A DNA stretch of 64,000 nucleotides from Hydrolagus colliei (GCA_035084275.1 CM068749.1:18042001-18106000); one strand, 5' to 3'. Counted from the first letter of the stretch, positions 11,571-25,955 are shown. The notes: generated by a model from the letters alone, not told the origin. Numbers and translations are program-made.

Positions 11571-14500
11571 AATTACCAGTAGAAGATTTCTATGTTAAAA
11601 CAGAGCTCCTTCTCTTAATCTTACCAAACAAAAACTACTGTAACAGACACTATAATCTTACCTGTCAGTAACAATTTAGACTTTCAGATGTTAGGATTTC
11701 TATCTTCTGGGACAATGAAGCTAATACACACATGCACCTGAACAGATTGGATTCAATCAAGGAGGGAATTGTCAGTGATGGCCTGTTCCAATTTCAAACA
11801 TTTGGGCATAAACGCAATTCCTCATATAGTTGTTGGGTGCTTCCCAAAATCCATCAGCAACATGATTTGTAATTCCTTTTGTCTGAGAGGGTGGCATTGG
11901 CACTGACGAGGAAAGCGGCATCTTATGGATTCCATGAGACGTGAGCAAATACATTACCAGTCGCCACACTTCACCTCTACTTTGAAATAAACTATTTTTA
12001 ATCATTTTCTGCACCGTCTCCTGTAGTTAGCAAAAAATTGTTTCAGCGGGAAATAGATTGTGGTCTGAATAATAGTCGCCTCACAGGAACAGATATTTAT
12101 TTATGGATTTGGAAACTGTAGTCACATTTTCTGCTATTTCATACTTGAGAAATTATGATTGCGATGCCAACATGCAGGAATGTCGTTCCAACTTCATGTA
12201 TTTTCAGAGCAGGGTTCCCTCGAGTTGGTGTGCTGAATATTAAGAAGTCTTGTTAATTAAGAAATCCTATTGAGATACCACAAAATTGACTCTTCTTAGA
12301 ATGCGTGAACTGTGGATTTCTGCATCTCAAAATGGAAGAAATGATTTACTAATTTCTCTTATCATCAGCGAGCTTCAATTAAAGAAGTGTTAGGAGGCAG
12401 CTGATGAGTACTTTGGATTAAGAATGACATAACAGGGATACCGTTTGTCAATGAGCTGACACTTCGTTTTTCTTCCTATTGTCTGATTATCACAAGAGCA
12501 GTATCGTATCAGTGGGGATGATCACATGAAGGCGGGAATACACAACACTCAGCCTTTGGTGCCAAAGCCTATTCTTGCTATGCCATTCCTTAAATCCAGA
12601 CATGAGAGGGAAGGAAATGAGAGAGAGTGGCTCACACATGGCTAGCTTACTGAGGATACAAATGAAAGATTATGTTAATCTTTCCGTCATTGTTCCCTGC
12701 AAAATGTTTTATACTATGCCTTTTATCTGTGGAAGAAGAGATGCACAACCTCTCAACTCTATGACAGTGAGCACTTTCTGTGTGGTTTCTGGGTAATTAA
12801 CACCACTACTAGGCCTGAAAACACCTTTTCATTTTCTCTATTCATGCTTGTGGTCTTCTTAGGGTTGCAACAGGGGAGTTTCCCTGGTTCTCTGCTTGTG
12901 GTCTAAATGATAGTCACAGCACAGACACAGATACATGAGCCATCTGTTGTTATAAGAAGAAACCTAAACCTTTCCTAACAAAAGCAGCTTTAAGAATTGG
13001 ATTTACTGCTTACATCAATCAGACAGGTGAACGATTTTATTATAATGCGCACAAATGGTTGCTGAAAAGCCAGCATTATCCACGAGGAAAGAGCGTACTC
13101 CTCTTACCATTTTATATCTTTCACGTTACTACAGTCGATTGAGCTGTAGAAACGTAATTCAAATGATTGGCTTGTACGTGTTTTTAAGCACGCACTAAAG
13201 GAAGCTGAGGTGCCAAATTCTCTCTGCCGTAGCAAAAAGCAAACGGGAAAATTTGAAAAGTAAATGAACTCTAGTTACGTTTATTAAACCTGCATAGAGG
13301 GGAAGTGAACAATCCGCCAGGCAGGTGGCACCAGATCTGTAAAATTTAATGATGTCTTTTTGGATGTTTGAAATCTTGAGCTGCTTGATTTCTTTTGTAT
13401 CTTACTGCTGGGGACTGACCTGTAATCTTTTTCCCAGCCAGCGTGCAGAAGCTGGGACAACTTTACTACCAACTCTAACAGCTGCTTAAACTCACCAGAG
13501 GGATACAGGCAATCCTACTTCTAAAAGAACACCACAAGGCTTATGCCCACCATGCCTTGAGAAGGCATTGAAGAAGAGGTCAAAGGTTGCCAAAAGATAA
13601 AGTGAGGTACAAGAAGATCAGTGAAGTTGGAGCTTCTTGATGCAAAACTCATGTCTGTTTTCATGATGTAAACAACGTCAGTTCATTTCAAACAGCTTCT
13701 GATTCTGCAGGTCAGGCCACTAGGCCTCTAAAAGCCTGATTCAGTTGTTCTTGTCACGAGTACTTTGTCTTACACAGACTGCATTACTCTGGTAAACAGG
13801 GGCGGCATCAAAGCAAGAGTAGATAGAGTCACACCAGTGGATTAAGTTCTTCTGCATGATAAAGTAGCTACCTAGGGTGGAATTAACTTAATATGTGAAA
13901 GAATGTTATTGAGAAGGAATAAAGTACCAAAACTCTGTCATTCTGTTCATAATATCCTAAATCCAACGCCTGACACTACGGCCTTAGGCTGGTGTTAGTG
14001 TTAATCAATGAAATAACCCATCTGTGTTCCCTGTCCTTATCGCTATTTAAACCTTGCCTAAACTCAATTATTGTCCCTTAGAGACCCAGATGGGATATTC
14101 AGTTTAGTGAAAGGGAATCTGTCCAGCAAAGAAATCCCAGTGTTAAAGTGCAGAGGTGTTAACATTGGTAACTAAATTCCAGTTAAACAGAGATTAAATG
14201 CGAGTTTGAGGGCTGAAAACAACTCTGCATTCGGTTTAGTGCTGGAATCCTTTCTCAGAGGCTCGCTCTCTAAAACCTGTAATCCTGTAATCAACCCAAA
14301 GTGTGGTATTTGAAGCTGAGCATCTATTTTAGAGTTTACAGCTTCTAAAGAGCAAATGTAGATAATGCCGTTCATTCAGTTTTTACTCACAAACTAAACC
14401 TTGGGTCCTACTTTTAAATAAACTTTTTTTTATTCCGCAAACGTTTCCTCACTCCCAGTGTGGTGACAAAATAAAACATCTACAGAATTCTAGCAATATT

Positions 14501-14875
14501 GAAAGGAGTTTTGAAAACATTATGCAAAAACATCACAAGAAATTATTAAATACCTATCTTATTTGGGGAGCTCACAGATATGCAAGTACCTCTAACTGGA
14601 AGCATTTCTGCACCTTCCTATTGGGGTGCTTCAGCTATATTAATACTTTTAGTTCCGCGCCTGAGCAATAGTTCTTTTTTTCCAAAACAAATACTGAATA
14701 GAAATGGATTTATTATATTTAGTTATTTTGATTAACATTTCCCTCTGATGTGCACGTCTTGTAAATGAAGAAGGATCAGTTGAAGAGATGGTAAGTGAAT
14801 TGTGGACATTACTTTTAGGGCCAATCTAGGAGTTTTACAAATGTAAATTCTAACTACATGTCTATACGACAACTT

Positions 14876-14910
14876 ACATATATATAAAATATATATTATA
14901 TATATATATT
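14876..14910. repeat. (TA)n microsatellite
   Basis: Imperfect TA run. Confidence 0.75.
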
Positions 14911-15189
14911 TGTAATAAATGTATAGCACCCTTCTCGCAGGGTAGCATCCCGGAGAGCTTCAATGTCAATCCTGTTTTCGAACAATGTAAAAATAAATGA
15001 GCAATCCTATTCTCCCCCAGTATAAGTATACTTTGTGAAAGCTTTTCTCCCACAATAGCAGCCTGGGAAAAAAAGAATAAAGCAAAGTTGACACAAATAT
15101 CAGGTCTCCAAAGGCTGGGATGAAGGCCATCATTTAATTGCAGATTTACTAAAAGCTACTAGATTGCGTTTGTAACAGAGCTAACTATG

Positions 15190-15425
15190 AATTACTATCA
15201 AAGGCTTTATCTTTATATCTAGAAAAATCATCTCAACAAGCTACACTTATCAGAGATACAATACTAATGCTCGATGCATTCTGCAAGAGCTTTGGAGGTA
15301 GATAGGAAAGAGCAGAATTTGATTGCTGCTGGATTATCAGATTGCTTTCCATCAGAAATTCACCCGATTGATTAAAAACAACCTGTTCTGGAATTTTGGA
15401 AAACGCTGGCAACATGGAGATAAAA
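15190..15425 (-). mobile_element. Decayed non-LTR reverse transcriptase fragment (CR1/L2 group)
   Basis: Minus-strand ORF contains ISMLPAFSKIPEQVVFNQ (the PISLL...SK..E motif). Further along the minus strand, tttctagatataaagataaagcctttgat reads FLDI..KAFD with a frameshift. Confidence 0.72.
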
Positions 15426-16544
15426 GATTCAATCAAATCAGTCATATTAGTGTATTGTAAAGGAGATGGACTCTCACAGACTTTCACTCTCTTGACACAC
15501 TCCTATATATATTAACAATAGATAATGAGGTAAAGCAGTTTTTTTGAAGCAATTTTCAGCCGTCTAAAATCTAAATAACCCACCTAAGCAGCAACTGAAG
15601 GAACTATCACCATAAGATCCTTTATTATTGGTTCTGGTTGGTGGGATTTACAACGTAAATGAGAACTGGTGACTAAAAGAGGATTACAATCTGGAGTAAG
15701 CTCCAAAAAGTCTTTCATCAATTTGAGCCTTAGGTAGACAAAAATGCATCACTGAAATAACTATCAAAGAGAGACTGTGAGCTTAATAAAATTGAGTTTT
15801 ATGTTAGACTACATAGTCAGAATATCTGCATTTATTCTTAATGCTTGGCAGAAAATTATTCACTGGGGACTGAGGCAGCATGAATTTTTCTGGAACTGAC
15901 TATTGACACTATCTGGAAGAAACAGCATCAAGAGTCAATTCACACCCATACAATATAAACATAGCAATTCAAAATCTTACTGGGCTGAGATTGTCATGGC
16001 CCAAGGTGGAGTCAGAAACTTTGAACCATTTTTTAATGTTGCTTCAGAATAGAACACATGCCTGGTACTTTAATAACATTTCAAAAAATAACATCTGATT
16101 TACTTGTTCTGGGCATGAAAGTATCCTATTGTTTCCTACTTTGACCTTCTTCGGGTCTATATGGCTAAGAGAAGCCAGTGTGAGAGCTTTATACTTAACC
16201 AGTTATATGATGGATGTTTAAAAGGTGCCACTGAGCAACTTTATATAAATATATTGTTCTTTATATGAAAACTATTAGAGAAAAAGTTGGTGCCTTATGC
16301 TGATTGCAGGTTTTTCATTAAGGCAATAAAGGTGATGACAGGAACCAGTGGAGCGCAGTGACCTCAATTCCAATGACAGCAAAGACTGTGTGCTAACGGT
16401 GAACTATGTACAGTTAATGGTACAGCTCATTAATATTAAGCTGAAGTTGTTAGGTTAGCCCACGCTTTCATGGTATAGGCTCCCTGCAGTCTGCGCTACA
16501 CGCCATTAACACCAATTGCATACTTCACTAAAGCTAAAGGTAGC

Positions 16545-16718
16545 TGAAAGATTCATTAAGATTGTGGGAGATTGAGGAAGAAATAGAAAGGTATGGGAGG
16601 GAGTAACCAATGAATAGAGACTCATGTAGAGGATACACTCCAGCTAGTTAGACTAGTTATGCCGAATGGCCTGTTTCTGTGATGAACATTCTGTATTAAC
16701 TCTGTATAATCTATGTAA
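16545..16718 (+). mobile_element. Old CR1 3' UTR relic
   Basis: gccgaatggcctgtttctgtg followed by degenerate (attctrt)-like terminal repeats. Confidence 0.55.
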
Positions 16719-16811
16719 AGTTCCATCTGTACAACCCCAGAACTCTAGCAAATTTCCGATTTAAATCCTGGTGGGTATGCTCAGCTCTCCTTAGTTATCT
16801 CTCAGGAGAAA

Positions 16812-17125
16812 CTATAACCAGGGGTCACAGTCTTAAAATTAGGGGTCAGCCCTTTCGCACTGAGTTGAGGAAAAACTTCTTCACTCAGAGGGTAGTGAAT
16901 TTATGGAATTCTCGACCCCAAAGGGCTGTAGATGCTCAGTCCTTGAACATATTCAAGACTGAGATTGATAGATTTCTTGTGGATAAAGGGATTAAGGGAT
17001 ATGGGGATAAGACAGGTAGGTAGAGTTAGAATAGAAGATCAGCCATGATCTTATTGAATGGCGGGGCAGGCTCGAGGGGCCGAGTGGCCTACTCATGCTC
17101 CTAATTCTTATATTCTTATGTTCTT
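16812..17125 (+). mobile_element. CR1 LINE 3' end, relatively young
   Basis: Open frame from 16817: TRGHSLKIRGQPFRTELRKNFFTQRVVNLWNSRPQRAVDAQSLNIFKTEIDRFLVDKGIKGYGDKTGR*. 3' UTR ggctcgaggggccgagtggcctactc and terminal (ttcttat/g) repeats. Confidence 0.95.
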
Positions 17126-17769
17126 CAACCTTTCAATAAAATCAGATGTTGCCTGAAGGGCAGATGCAATAAACTTTCATGTTCAAATGGTAAAATTATC
17201 AGATATATTTCATAATCAGAAAACAATGTAACGGATCACAAAGAGTATATAGGCTGGTCTGGGAACAGTTGTAGATGATTTCAGCATTTAGCTGTCAATA
17301 TCTCTATGATGAATTACAATTCTTGGACGTCACACAGTAACATAGTTACACAGTGTGACGCTTGTGCCATCTATTCTAATTTTCCACTTTGTTGGTCTTC
17401 TGATAGTCTGATATTATATGAGATACTCCACAAACCTCCTGTGTCCTCAATCAACACCATTCTGTTAATTGGTACTTTTTTTGAATCTACACATAATTAA
17501 TAGGTTACAGGAAGAGAGAGAGATATGTGTCTTACATTGTACCTCCAAAGATCATGTGAGATGTTCCTAAGCTCTGAGTGGGAGATTGGGAATTTACCAA
17601 TAAGGAAGCAACCTTGAGATATTGGACTATTAGAATCCATGTTACAAGTGGATAATTCTTCATTAAATTAATAATCTCCACCTTATTTGAACACAATTCA
17701 TTCGGATAATGCTCTGTTTTAGTTAGCAGGAGAGATGTGAAAAGTCCTGACTGTTTTCACTACAATAGG

Positions 17770-18168
17770 TGAGGTTTAATGGGCGTAATCTAATGGAGGT
17801 TTTTAAAATTATGAATGGTTTTCAAAGGGTAAATAGTGAAAGATTACTGTATTGACATTGATTGGTGAACCTGTAATAAGAGGACATAAATTGAGGATTA
17901 TCACCAGAGGAAAAAAACGGGAAGGCTAGAGAATGTTTTTTACATTGATCGCTATTAGAATATGAAATATCTTCCTACAAAGGCTGTTAAAGCCAATCTG
18001 AAAAAGCATTTTTGTTAAATAATGTATTTGAAAAATAATATGAAGGGAATGAGGAAACAGCAGGAGAATGGGATGAGAGTTCCAGTTAGCAACAGATTTC
18101 TAACTGGTTTCTAACTGGCAATGGCTAAAGCCTTCTCCTGTGTTGTAAACTTTCTCTGATTCGATGAT
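17770..18168 (+). mobile_element. Old CR1 3' fragment
   Basis: ctaatggaggtttttaaaattatgaatggt (LMEVFKIMNG), agaggacataaattg (RGHKL), caggagaatgggat and a CR1-type tail. Confidence 0.8.
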
Positions 18169-20339
18169 TAAATGACAAAGCTGAATCACAATTTGCTTGG
18201 ACATGGAGACGTTGATTTTGTCTTGTCTCCAACTCTAAACTTATTTTCCTTTCATCCACTCTTTGGGTTTTCTGTTACCACGGAATTAGATAGCCAACTC
18301 AATCAGAGACCATTGGCAACATCAATTATCAGGCAACCACTAGGAGGTGTATGAGAGCAGCCAGGCAACATTCATGTCTCCAATCTTCCCTCCCAGCCTC
18401 TGGGGACTCACTTGGCTTCCGTTCACCAATTTCCCAGCTGGGTTAGCTGAGATTGAGAAATCACTGTGTGAGGAATAGCAGGTGTAAACCCACATCCTTC
18501 CACTCTGTCACTCAGCCCAGTGGAGCATTAAGCGCACTGCATCACCACATGTTTAGACAGATTCTTTTTGGAACAAGAATAAATAGGCATTTCCAGTTAT
18601 GCTGTCTTCTACTGTTCAATTTGACACAGATGTCCAATTCAGAAGATCAAAACAAAGAGGCCTAATGCGTTGTATTGGTTCAAAGGATTCCTTAAAAAAT
18701 CATCTCATTAGAAATGCTTCAACCTGTGGGAACTCTGCTCCATAATTGGATTCCATTGCAAATGGTTTGCCATGGGATAATGTGACATACTCCTAGGTAC
18801 CGAGATGACACTCTGTTTGAGTGACTTAGATTTCGTTTTAAGGATTCCCGCTTAAATCCCAAATTAATTTTCACATTCTCAGCAAGATTTGAATCATTTT
18901 AGTTTATTATCAATGTATGTTTTCATTGAATGTGGGTATCAATTTGAGGTAGGTAACTGCTCCGTAACCCAGACACAAATCAGTCATGGGCACCGTATTA
19001 ATCCAAGTTATACTGCAGTCGATTGTAGACAACTTGTTAAGTAACACATTTTCAATTTAAGTAAATGCAAGTTGAAAAGTTTTCTCATGTGGTCTATTGT
19101 TTCAATATTCTTTAAGATCGAATTCTTGGGTTGTCAATCACACTAAGCCAGTTAGAAATCTGGTATCCTGTTTCAAATCACCACACTGCCAGAAATTAAT
19201 TGAATCATTTTAACAGTATAAAAAGGGACAGACAGAGAGAAAGGAGAGATATGTAGATATTCTTTCATATTGACAAGCCATCCAGTTGATTTACCTAAAA
19301 CCTGAACAAAACAGAGATTTTCATGAAGCCACAGAGCTTCAATTGCTTTTAAAGATGCATAGGATCCAAAAGGTAAAAATAACATAACTGTCAATTCACT
19401 TGAACTACATTTTAAAAAAACCTTTGGTTTTCTATAATAAGACTTTGTTCTTTACCTTTTGGGTTCCAACAAAATAAAGTCCCAGTGGAATTATCTCTAT
19501 AATATCTCTATATAGATTTAACTATTATCGTTATGACTTCTTCCAATTCATTTAACAGTTTCCATTTCATCATACAGTACAGTATATGCAATATTTGACT
19601 TAAGTGTCATATAAACAACAAACTTACAGTTATCTGGAAAAAGAACCCCTGTGTGGTTAAACAATTTATCCAACATTGTCTTCAGTATAAATCAGGTCAG
19701 AGTATTATGAGAATGATTAGGGTCATCATACTATATGCCATAATAATCATAAAGTATGTTTCATCCAATGAAAATAATCACAGTGAGAAAGTCATACCCA
19801 ATTTAAATTCTTTGTCGAAAAACTAAAAGTGAAAGCACTGGCTACATGTTTACCACCAACTGTTACAGTGAACTGAATGATTCTTTGCGCACAGAATGGT
19901 GCTCAATTTGAAACAGAGTAAATTGGCAGAATTTAATTTGGTAGTATTTTGAGGACTACAAAAGTGTCAAAATGAGTCCCTCATTAAAATTACTAGCTAG
20001 GTTGTATAGTCTTAACTAACACAAGCATAGATAAAAAGATATTACCATGGATTCCTAGCCATCTTTTGTCAATTTGTAGCTGAAGGATCAGTACGTTTTC
20101 TAACCTTAAATAGGCTTTTTTTTCCTTAACACTTTTTTTTATTTTAATGAGATTACACTTTGTCACAGTCTAGAGTTCTGATTTGTTAGACAGCTATATT
20201 AAATTGCAGAAAGCAGCATGGAATGATTCAGCACAGTAAAGCTGGTACTTTTACCTATTCAACCTTTTTGTAAATTCCTTAAATTATTGATGTAAGTGTC
20301 AGCTACTGTCAAAAATAAGCGAAACAATGTGAACAGAAG

Positions 20340-20720
20340 ACAACTGTCAATTCTGCCGCGGCGCTATGCCTTGCGCATAGTTCCCTTAAAAAAAATTGGA
20401 GATTAGATGCTGAACAACAAAAACTAGAATGAACCTGATATTTCAAGATGCATCTTGCAACCATTCCCTATCAGTAATGCACAGCCTTTTTCATAAGCAA
20501 GCAATTATTTCTACGCTTGTGGCAGGAGTGTTGTAATTGAATTAGCCTTTTCATAAATAAAAGAATTGTCCTTGAAAGTTTCAAAATGAGGATATATTGG
20601 TTAATAATCAGTTCAACTAGGCTGCTTGTGCAATGATAGAATCATTGAATAAATAAGAATTACTGATGTCTACCCAGTTGGGGATGAAACAAACTGATCT
20701 GATGGCAGCTTTTATGTATT
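20340..20720. promoter_or_regulatory. Candidate conserved non-coding element / enhancer
   Basis: No recognisable repeat. Local CpG retention (gccgcggcgc) plus TAATT and CATAAA homeodomain-type motifs. Conservation not tested. Confidence 0.3.
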
Positions 20721-23369
20721 CACTTTTCTCTCTGTGCTTTTTTAGCACCTTCTTTCTGAGTACATGTAAATGGGCTTTTGCAATAGACATAAGATTATCA
20801 CAACTATTCAAGACCATTGTCATCTGTATATAAAATGAATTGGGCTAGATGTGGAACAAGTGGGTGGAACCAATTTATTCTGTGGCCATTAGTATTATTT
20901 TCACACAACCCCTTATTCATATTTCACCCTAGTGAAAATGGAGAACAATTGAAAATATTAACTACACCTTGTTACCAAAAACAGCATTTTATTCATGCCA
21001 TAGAAACTTTCTGCAATTCAATTGCAGGTTGAACACGACATACCTTTTTCTATCCTTTTGTTGTTTTTTTTGTCAAAGTTCACAGAGTAAAAACTATATT
21101 GAAGTCAGCACTACAGCCTTGAATTTCACTGATGAAAAACTTGCTATCATTATAATTCACGCAATATCTGTAAGATTTTCAAATTACCTATGGTACTTAT
21201 GGTATTTACAAAATTAATTTACAAAGTTATCCCAAGCATTAATTTTCTAATTTCCCAATGAAAACACAGTCCATTAGGTTCTGCGTAGTGTAACGTTAAA
21301 GAGTGGTAGCATAGTAGGAAAATGAGTGTCAGTCAATTGACTTGTATCTAGTCAATTGTGGAGTTATTAATTATTAGGCACTCCCAGTTGAGACATCCAA
21401 TCGGTAGGCCAGCCAGACAAAATGTATGTAGTGAATAGGTTCCATTTTAAAATGATTGAATCATTCATCAATAAAACAAACAATTAATTTATCCTTTACA
21501 TTTTTTTTGCTAATCTTGATTTTATACTGCTGTGAAAATTGTGATCCTGCCAGCTAGCTCATGTGTTAAAGTGTATCCGGGCATCAAATGCATGTGTAAC
21601 AATGTAACAATGGCCCCAAATTGTGAAAACTAGCCTTAATTGTGTCCATGTGAAATTAATTAACAATGAGGATCTATTAAAAATAATTGAGGTTTTAGGA
21701 AAAGAGGAAAGTGGTAATAAACAATAGATTAAAGTTCACTTTTTTTAATAGGCAGAAATGAGTGCATTCATTTTATTTATTTTATCACCTTTTATTCTAA
21801 TGTGAACCAGGCACAAGCTTGATAACAGGTCACTTGACCACTGTCTTGGTCAGAAAATACTGACAAGCAAGTGAACCAACTGCAAAGGAAAATCCAACGG
21901 GAGGTAACTAATTATCTTCCAAACATTTCTAAACAAATGAACAATAAAATAATGAGATCCTCATGATAATTGTTATCTTTGCTAACAAATCAACAAGCAA
22001 AAAGAACTATTTATATTAACATCCTCCTAGTTAGTGGTATTGAATCTGAAACTTGTAGAGACCACATTTTAAAACTAAAATGAACAGCACATCCATATTG
22101 GCTTCTCCGTCAAAATCTGGTGATGGAACTGAGAGAAAATTTCAGTTTACAAGAATTCTGTGTTGATAGCTGACCAAAAGTGTATAAAAGCTGTCATAAT
22201 GGCAAACTGTCACAGTTACATTAACACTTCTAACAATGCCAGTGTAGTCTGGTACCGATTTTCAAGAAAACAGATGCATAACAGGACACAAACAATGGCC
22301 ATTTTGACAGGTGTCCTTTTATCACACATTCAATTATAATTTGAGTTGAGTTTCACTTTAAGGGATCTTTCAGCAGACAACATATTGAATAATGGATAAG
22401 AAGGATGGAATTTCAAGGCATTGAATATCAAGGGGGTATAGATATGTAATAAACACATTTCATTTTCTGTGTTTTATTATGTACGCAGTTCTCCCTTGAA
22501 ATACCACTATTCTCTGGAGCAAAAGAAAATAGTACTGTATCGAGAGAAGTGTTTCATGTGAAATGCAGTCATGATGAAGAACAGCACAGGAACAACAGAC
22601 AAGCAGAGACATCCTTAGCATGCATAACCTAAGAGATTACTGTATTGATATATAAAGTTGCTGATCAGTAGCAGACAAAATAATAAACACTCAAGTGAGT
22701 CTAAAACCTAACAAGATCTTGAAATGATGATTTTAATCTAATGCCGCTAAATGATTATCAACTATAGCATTTATTTATCAATTGAAATAGATCAATGGCA
22801 CACTTTCTATTCAGTTGGAGACTTAACTAGACTGAAATGTTTTATTTATCACTTGCACAACTGCAAAATTATTGAGCAACAATTTTAAACTGAAAAGCAT
22901 AAACATGTAGTACACATTCTAGAGCCAAAGTTTATTTGCAATTTGAAACAGACAAATTATCAACTTGATTTGGATGTGAAGCATTGAGTAGTAAGTGATT
23001 CAGAATTAACGCTTCCAATTTATTGTTACATTGAATAAGCAGTAAACTTTCAGACGATTGTGTCTTCAATCAATTGCCTACTGTAGCACCCATGTACAGT
23101 GGTACATCTCCTCTGTGTCTTTACGGCCCAAATATTGTCTCTCCAAATATTACTTTGTCCTTGATGCATCTCCTTGTCTGGCCTCTCAGCTATGAAAAAA
23201 TCCTTTCCAGAACCAGTTATCTTTCAGGAGGTTCATGGAGGAAGCAAAGTGAATTCTACCAGCACCAGTATCATGTCAGCTATAAATCAAACACTTTCTA
23301 TCTCTTCTGGTCAAACTGCACAGATGGCAGTAATATATAGGAATATATTAATTGTTATGTCTCTAAGTA

Positions 23370-23860
23370 TCACAAAATACAAATTCAGGCAAAACAGCTT
23401 TGCAGAGATACCTGAAGCAAACATTGAAACAGCAATGACACTCTGGATGTGTGACTGGTTTGTAATCTCATGTACACTGCATGTTCCCAGTTCTCCGGAT
23501 CATACTTGAAAGTATGTGTTCTATGCAAGAACTGAACTAACGTTAAATGCTCAGAAATCTAATAATGACTGTTCCATGTGGCCTTAAAGGCATACCTGAA
23601 TTTACAAAAAGAAATCAGAGCAGATGGCAGGCATTGCCGGTCTACCCTTGTTCATACAGAAGTACAGCAGGAGTGATAGGACTATGGGGACCAAACAAGA
23701 ACGGTCATGCACAAAATGTCCTTCTTGCTTGTTGTCAATGGGACAGCATGCTCACCACTCACAAGATCAGGCCATACACTCTTACATTATAGGTTAGACA
23801 TTATTACCAGGACAAAAAATAGAGTTCAGGTTTGTACTATTGATGTTTCAGTGAAAGGTA
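23370..23860 (+). mobile_element. Possible pogo/Tigger-type transposase relic
   Basis: Frameshifted motifs in the expected order: WDSM/AH (~23739-23757), LLPG (~23801), IDVSVK (~23839). Compare LLVWDSF.AH...IPGG.T..LQPLDVSVN. Confidence 0.3.
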
Positions 23861-25190
23861 ACACAAAATAGACTGTAATGCAGCCTTTCATCAAAATTAG
23901 ATTTAAATGGTAATTGTGTGAGTCTTTCATCTGGATGAGGATGTATTTATTATCTGGCAATCATGAACAATAACCAAAGTAATTTTGTTTGCATCTGCTT
24001 TCTAGTTCTTCCCAGCGAAGCCTTCAAAGACATCACTGCCCTGGGAATTTCTACATCAGTAATTTGATGAATTGGCTTCAGGATATCATCCCAGACGGGG
24101 CTAATCTTGAGACAAGTCCAAACGAATGAGATACAGCAAGCTCTCCAGCTTCAGGAAGGTTTTCCCATGCGTGGTTTAATAAAGTGGCTGCACAGAGAAA
24201 CCTGTGCTGTGTTATTCTTTAGCTTTCTAAATCACGGATACCAGGTGAGCTCTGTTCCACATTGACCCTCTCTGCTCATCAGTAATTCTGTGAAGATGTT
24301 GACACCGAAGATTCTTTGCATTGTCATTGACAGGATCCATAAAAAAAATGTATCAACTCAAAGTTACTCTGAATAGTTCATATAGGGATTTTTCAATATA
24401 CGTAATAGTATAAACACTTCGAGAGAAAGTTAACCTTTCCCTCAAGAAGTATGAAATAATAGGGAATATTAAAGGTCCCTCGGGAATATTGTACGATGGA
24501 GTAGGTTACAATAAATATTTTTACTTGTGATTCTACGCAACCTCATTGACTAGGAGAGCACAACAAGAGTCATGTTGTATTATTCTTCATCAAGTGTTGT
24601 CATTTCACCATAGATTTCAATAATGAACCGAAAGCAATCTGTTCACACTGCAAGGCAATCATTAATACAGCCAGACAGAAAGCTAATTTTGAAACAAGCA
24701 CATTAATCAGACACCTGAAGCAATTTTTAATTCTATAGCACTGTACTGGAGTGCAATGGTAATGGCATGAATTGGAACTAAAGTGAGAAACATGAATGAA
24801 ATTGTGGATTGTGTTATAACAAAGATAACAATAAAGTAGTTCCATCAGCTCACTGGATAGATTTTTTATCTACATCCCACTACTTTTAATTTCTACTCTT
24901 TACTTGCAAATTGTCATTCCTTTGATCCCTTGCATTCAAGGTTTTTTCTGATATGATTTTTTATAATAATGAGTTCACCAAGAAAGTTGTCCTTGTAGAT
25001 AAGGTGCTGCTTGGTGCAACATTGAAGGGCAAATCAACTGAAAGTTGGAGGTTCCAATCCTATTCATCGATGAATCAGCTCATTTCAGTTTGGTTGGTCT
25101 GAGCACTCCCTGAGATAGAGAGGAGAGAAAAAATTAAACTTCCTCCTCTTGATTGAGAGAATAAAATAACGTGCATTAGTATAATACAGT

Positions 25191-25508
25191 AATAATAATA
25201 ATCCTTGCATTTAATATAGCACTTTTCACGTCTTCTAGATGTCTCAAAGTGCTTCACAGAACATACTGTGAAGTGAATTTACTATACATTTTGTGGGTGA
25301 AACGCGGCAGCCAATTGCGCACAGCAGTGTCCCACAAACAGTCGTGGGTTGAAATGACCAATTTCTTATTAGGTTGTTTTTTTAGGAATTATTATCAGGC
25401 ATGTGGAGTGAGGAAACTTGCCCAAGGTTTCGCCCTGACCTAGCGGGAACCAAACACAGGTCTCTCGCTTGCGAGGCGAATGCACTAACCACTGAGCTAC
25501 AGGACTCC
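25191..25508 (-). mobile_element. Full-length tRNA-derived SINE
   Basis: Reverse complement begins ggagtcctgtagctcagtggttagtgcattcgcctcgcaagcgagagacc and ends with the family tail and (att)n. Confidence 0.95.
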
Positions 25509-25788
25509 AATATGCCTCAGGTCTGTGCTGTGCTGTTCTATTTCCTTCCTAATGCCCCACTAGAAATCCAGCATCCCAATGCAAAAGCACAGAGGAAATC
25601 AATACGAACGATTTCATTAATATTTATTCTGCAGTGTCAACTAGTCTAACTTAAACAGTACCTCGAGGCATTCTGAGGCTCCTGCCTTTGGTGCTCATAC
25701 TGATTATTTAATACAACTATGCCCTATCTTGGTTAAGTGGTACTTTTACAAAATAAATATGATCTTTATTTAGACTTGTCTATACTGT

Positions 25789-25955
25789 GGAGTCCTGTGG
25801 TTAGAATGCTCGCCTTACAAATGGGAGACATAGGTTCAATGCCAGACAGGGCAAAACCTGGGACAAGTTTCCTTGCTCCACATGCCTAATAATAATGCAT
25901 CAAAAATAACAATAATAAATTGGTCATTTCAATCAGCGACTGATTATGGGACCTT
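25789..25955 (+). mobile_element. SINE 5' half, 3'-truncated, partial A-box deletion
   Basis: ggagtcctgtggttagaatgctcgccttacaa...gggcaaaacctgggacaagtttccttgctccac...ttggtcatttcaatc. Confidence 0.88.

Noticed and set aside
12401-12430. CTGATGAG hammerhead start
   Set aside because: No stem II or following GAAA.
17328-17360. Small hairpin cgtcacac...gtgtgacg
   Set aside because: Too short to distinguish from chance in 64 kb.
18420-18547. Possible ancient minus-strand tRNA-like SINE head
   Set aside because: A and B boxes are too degenerate and no second copy is evident in the window.
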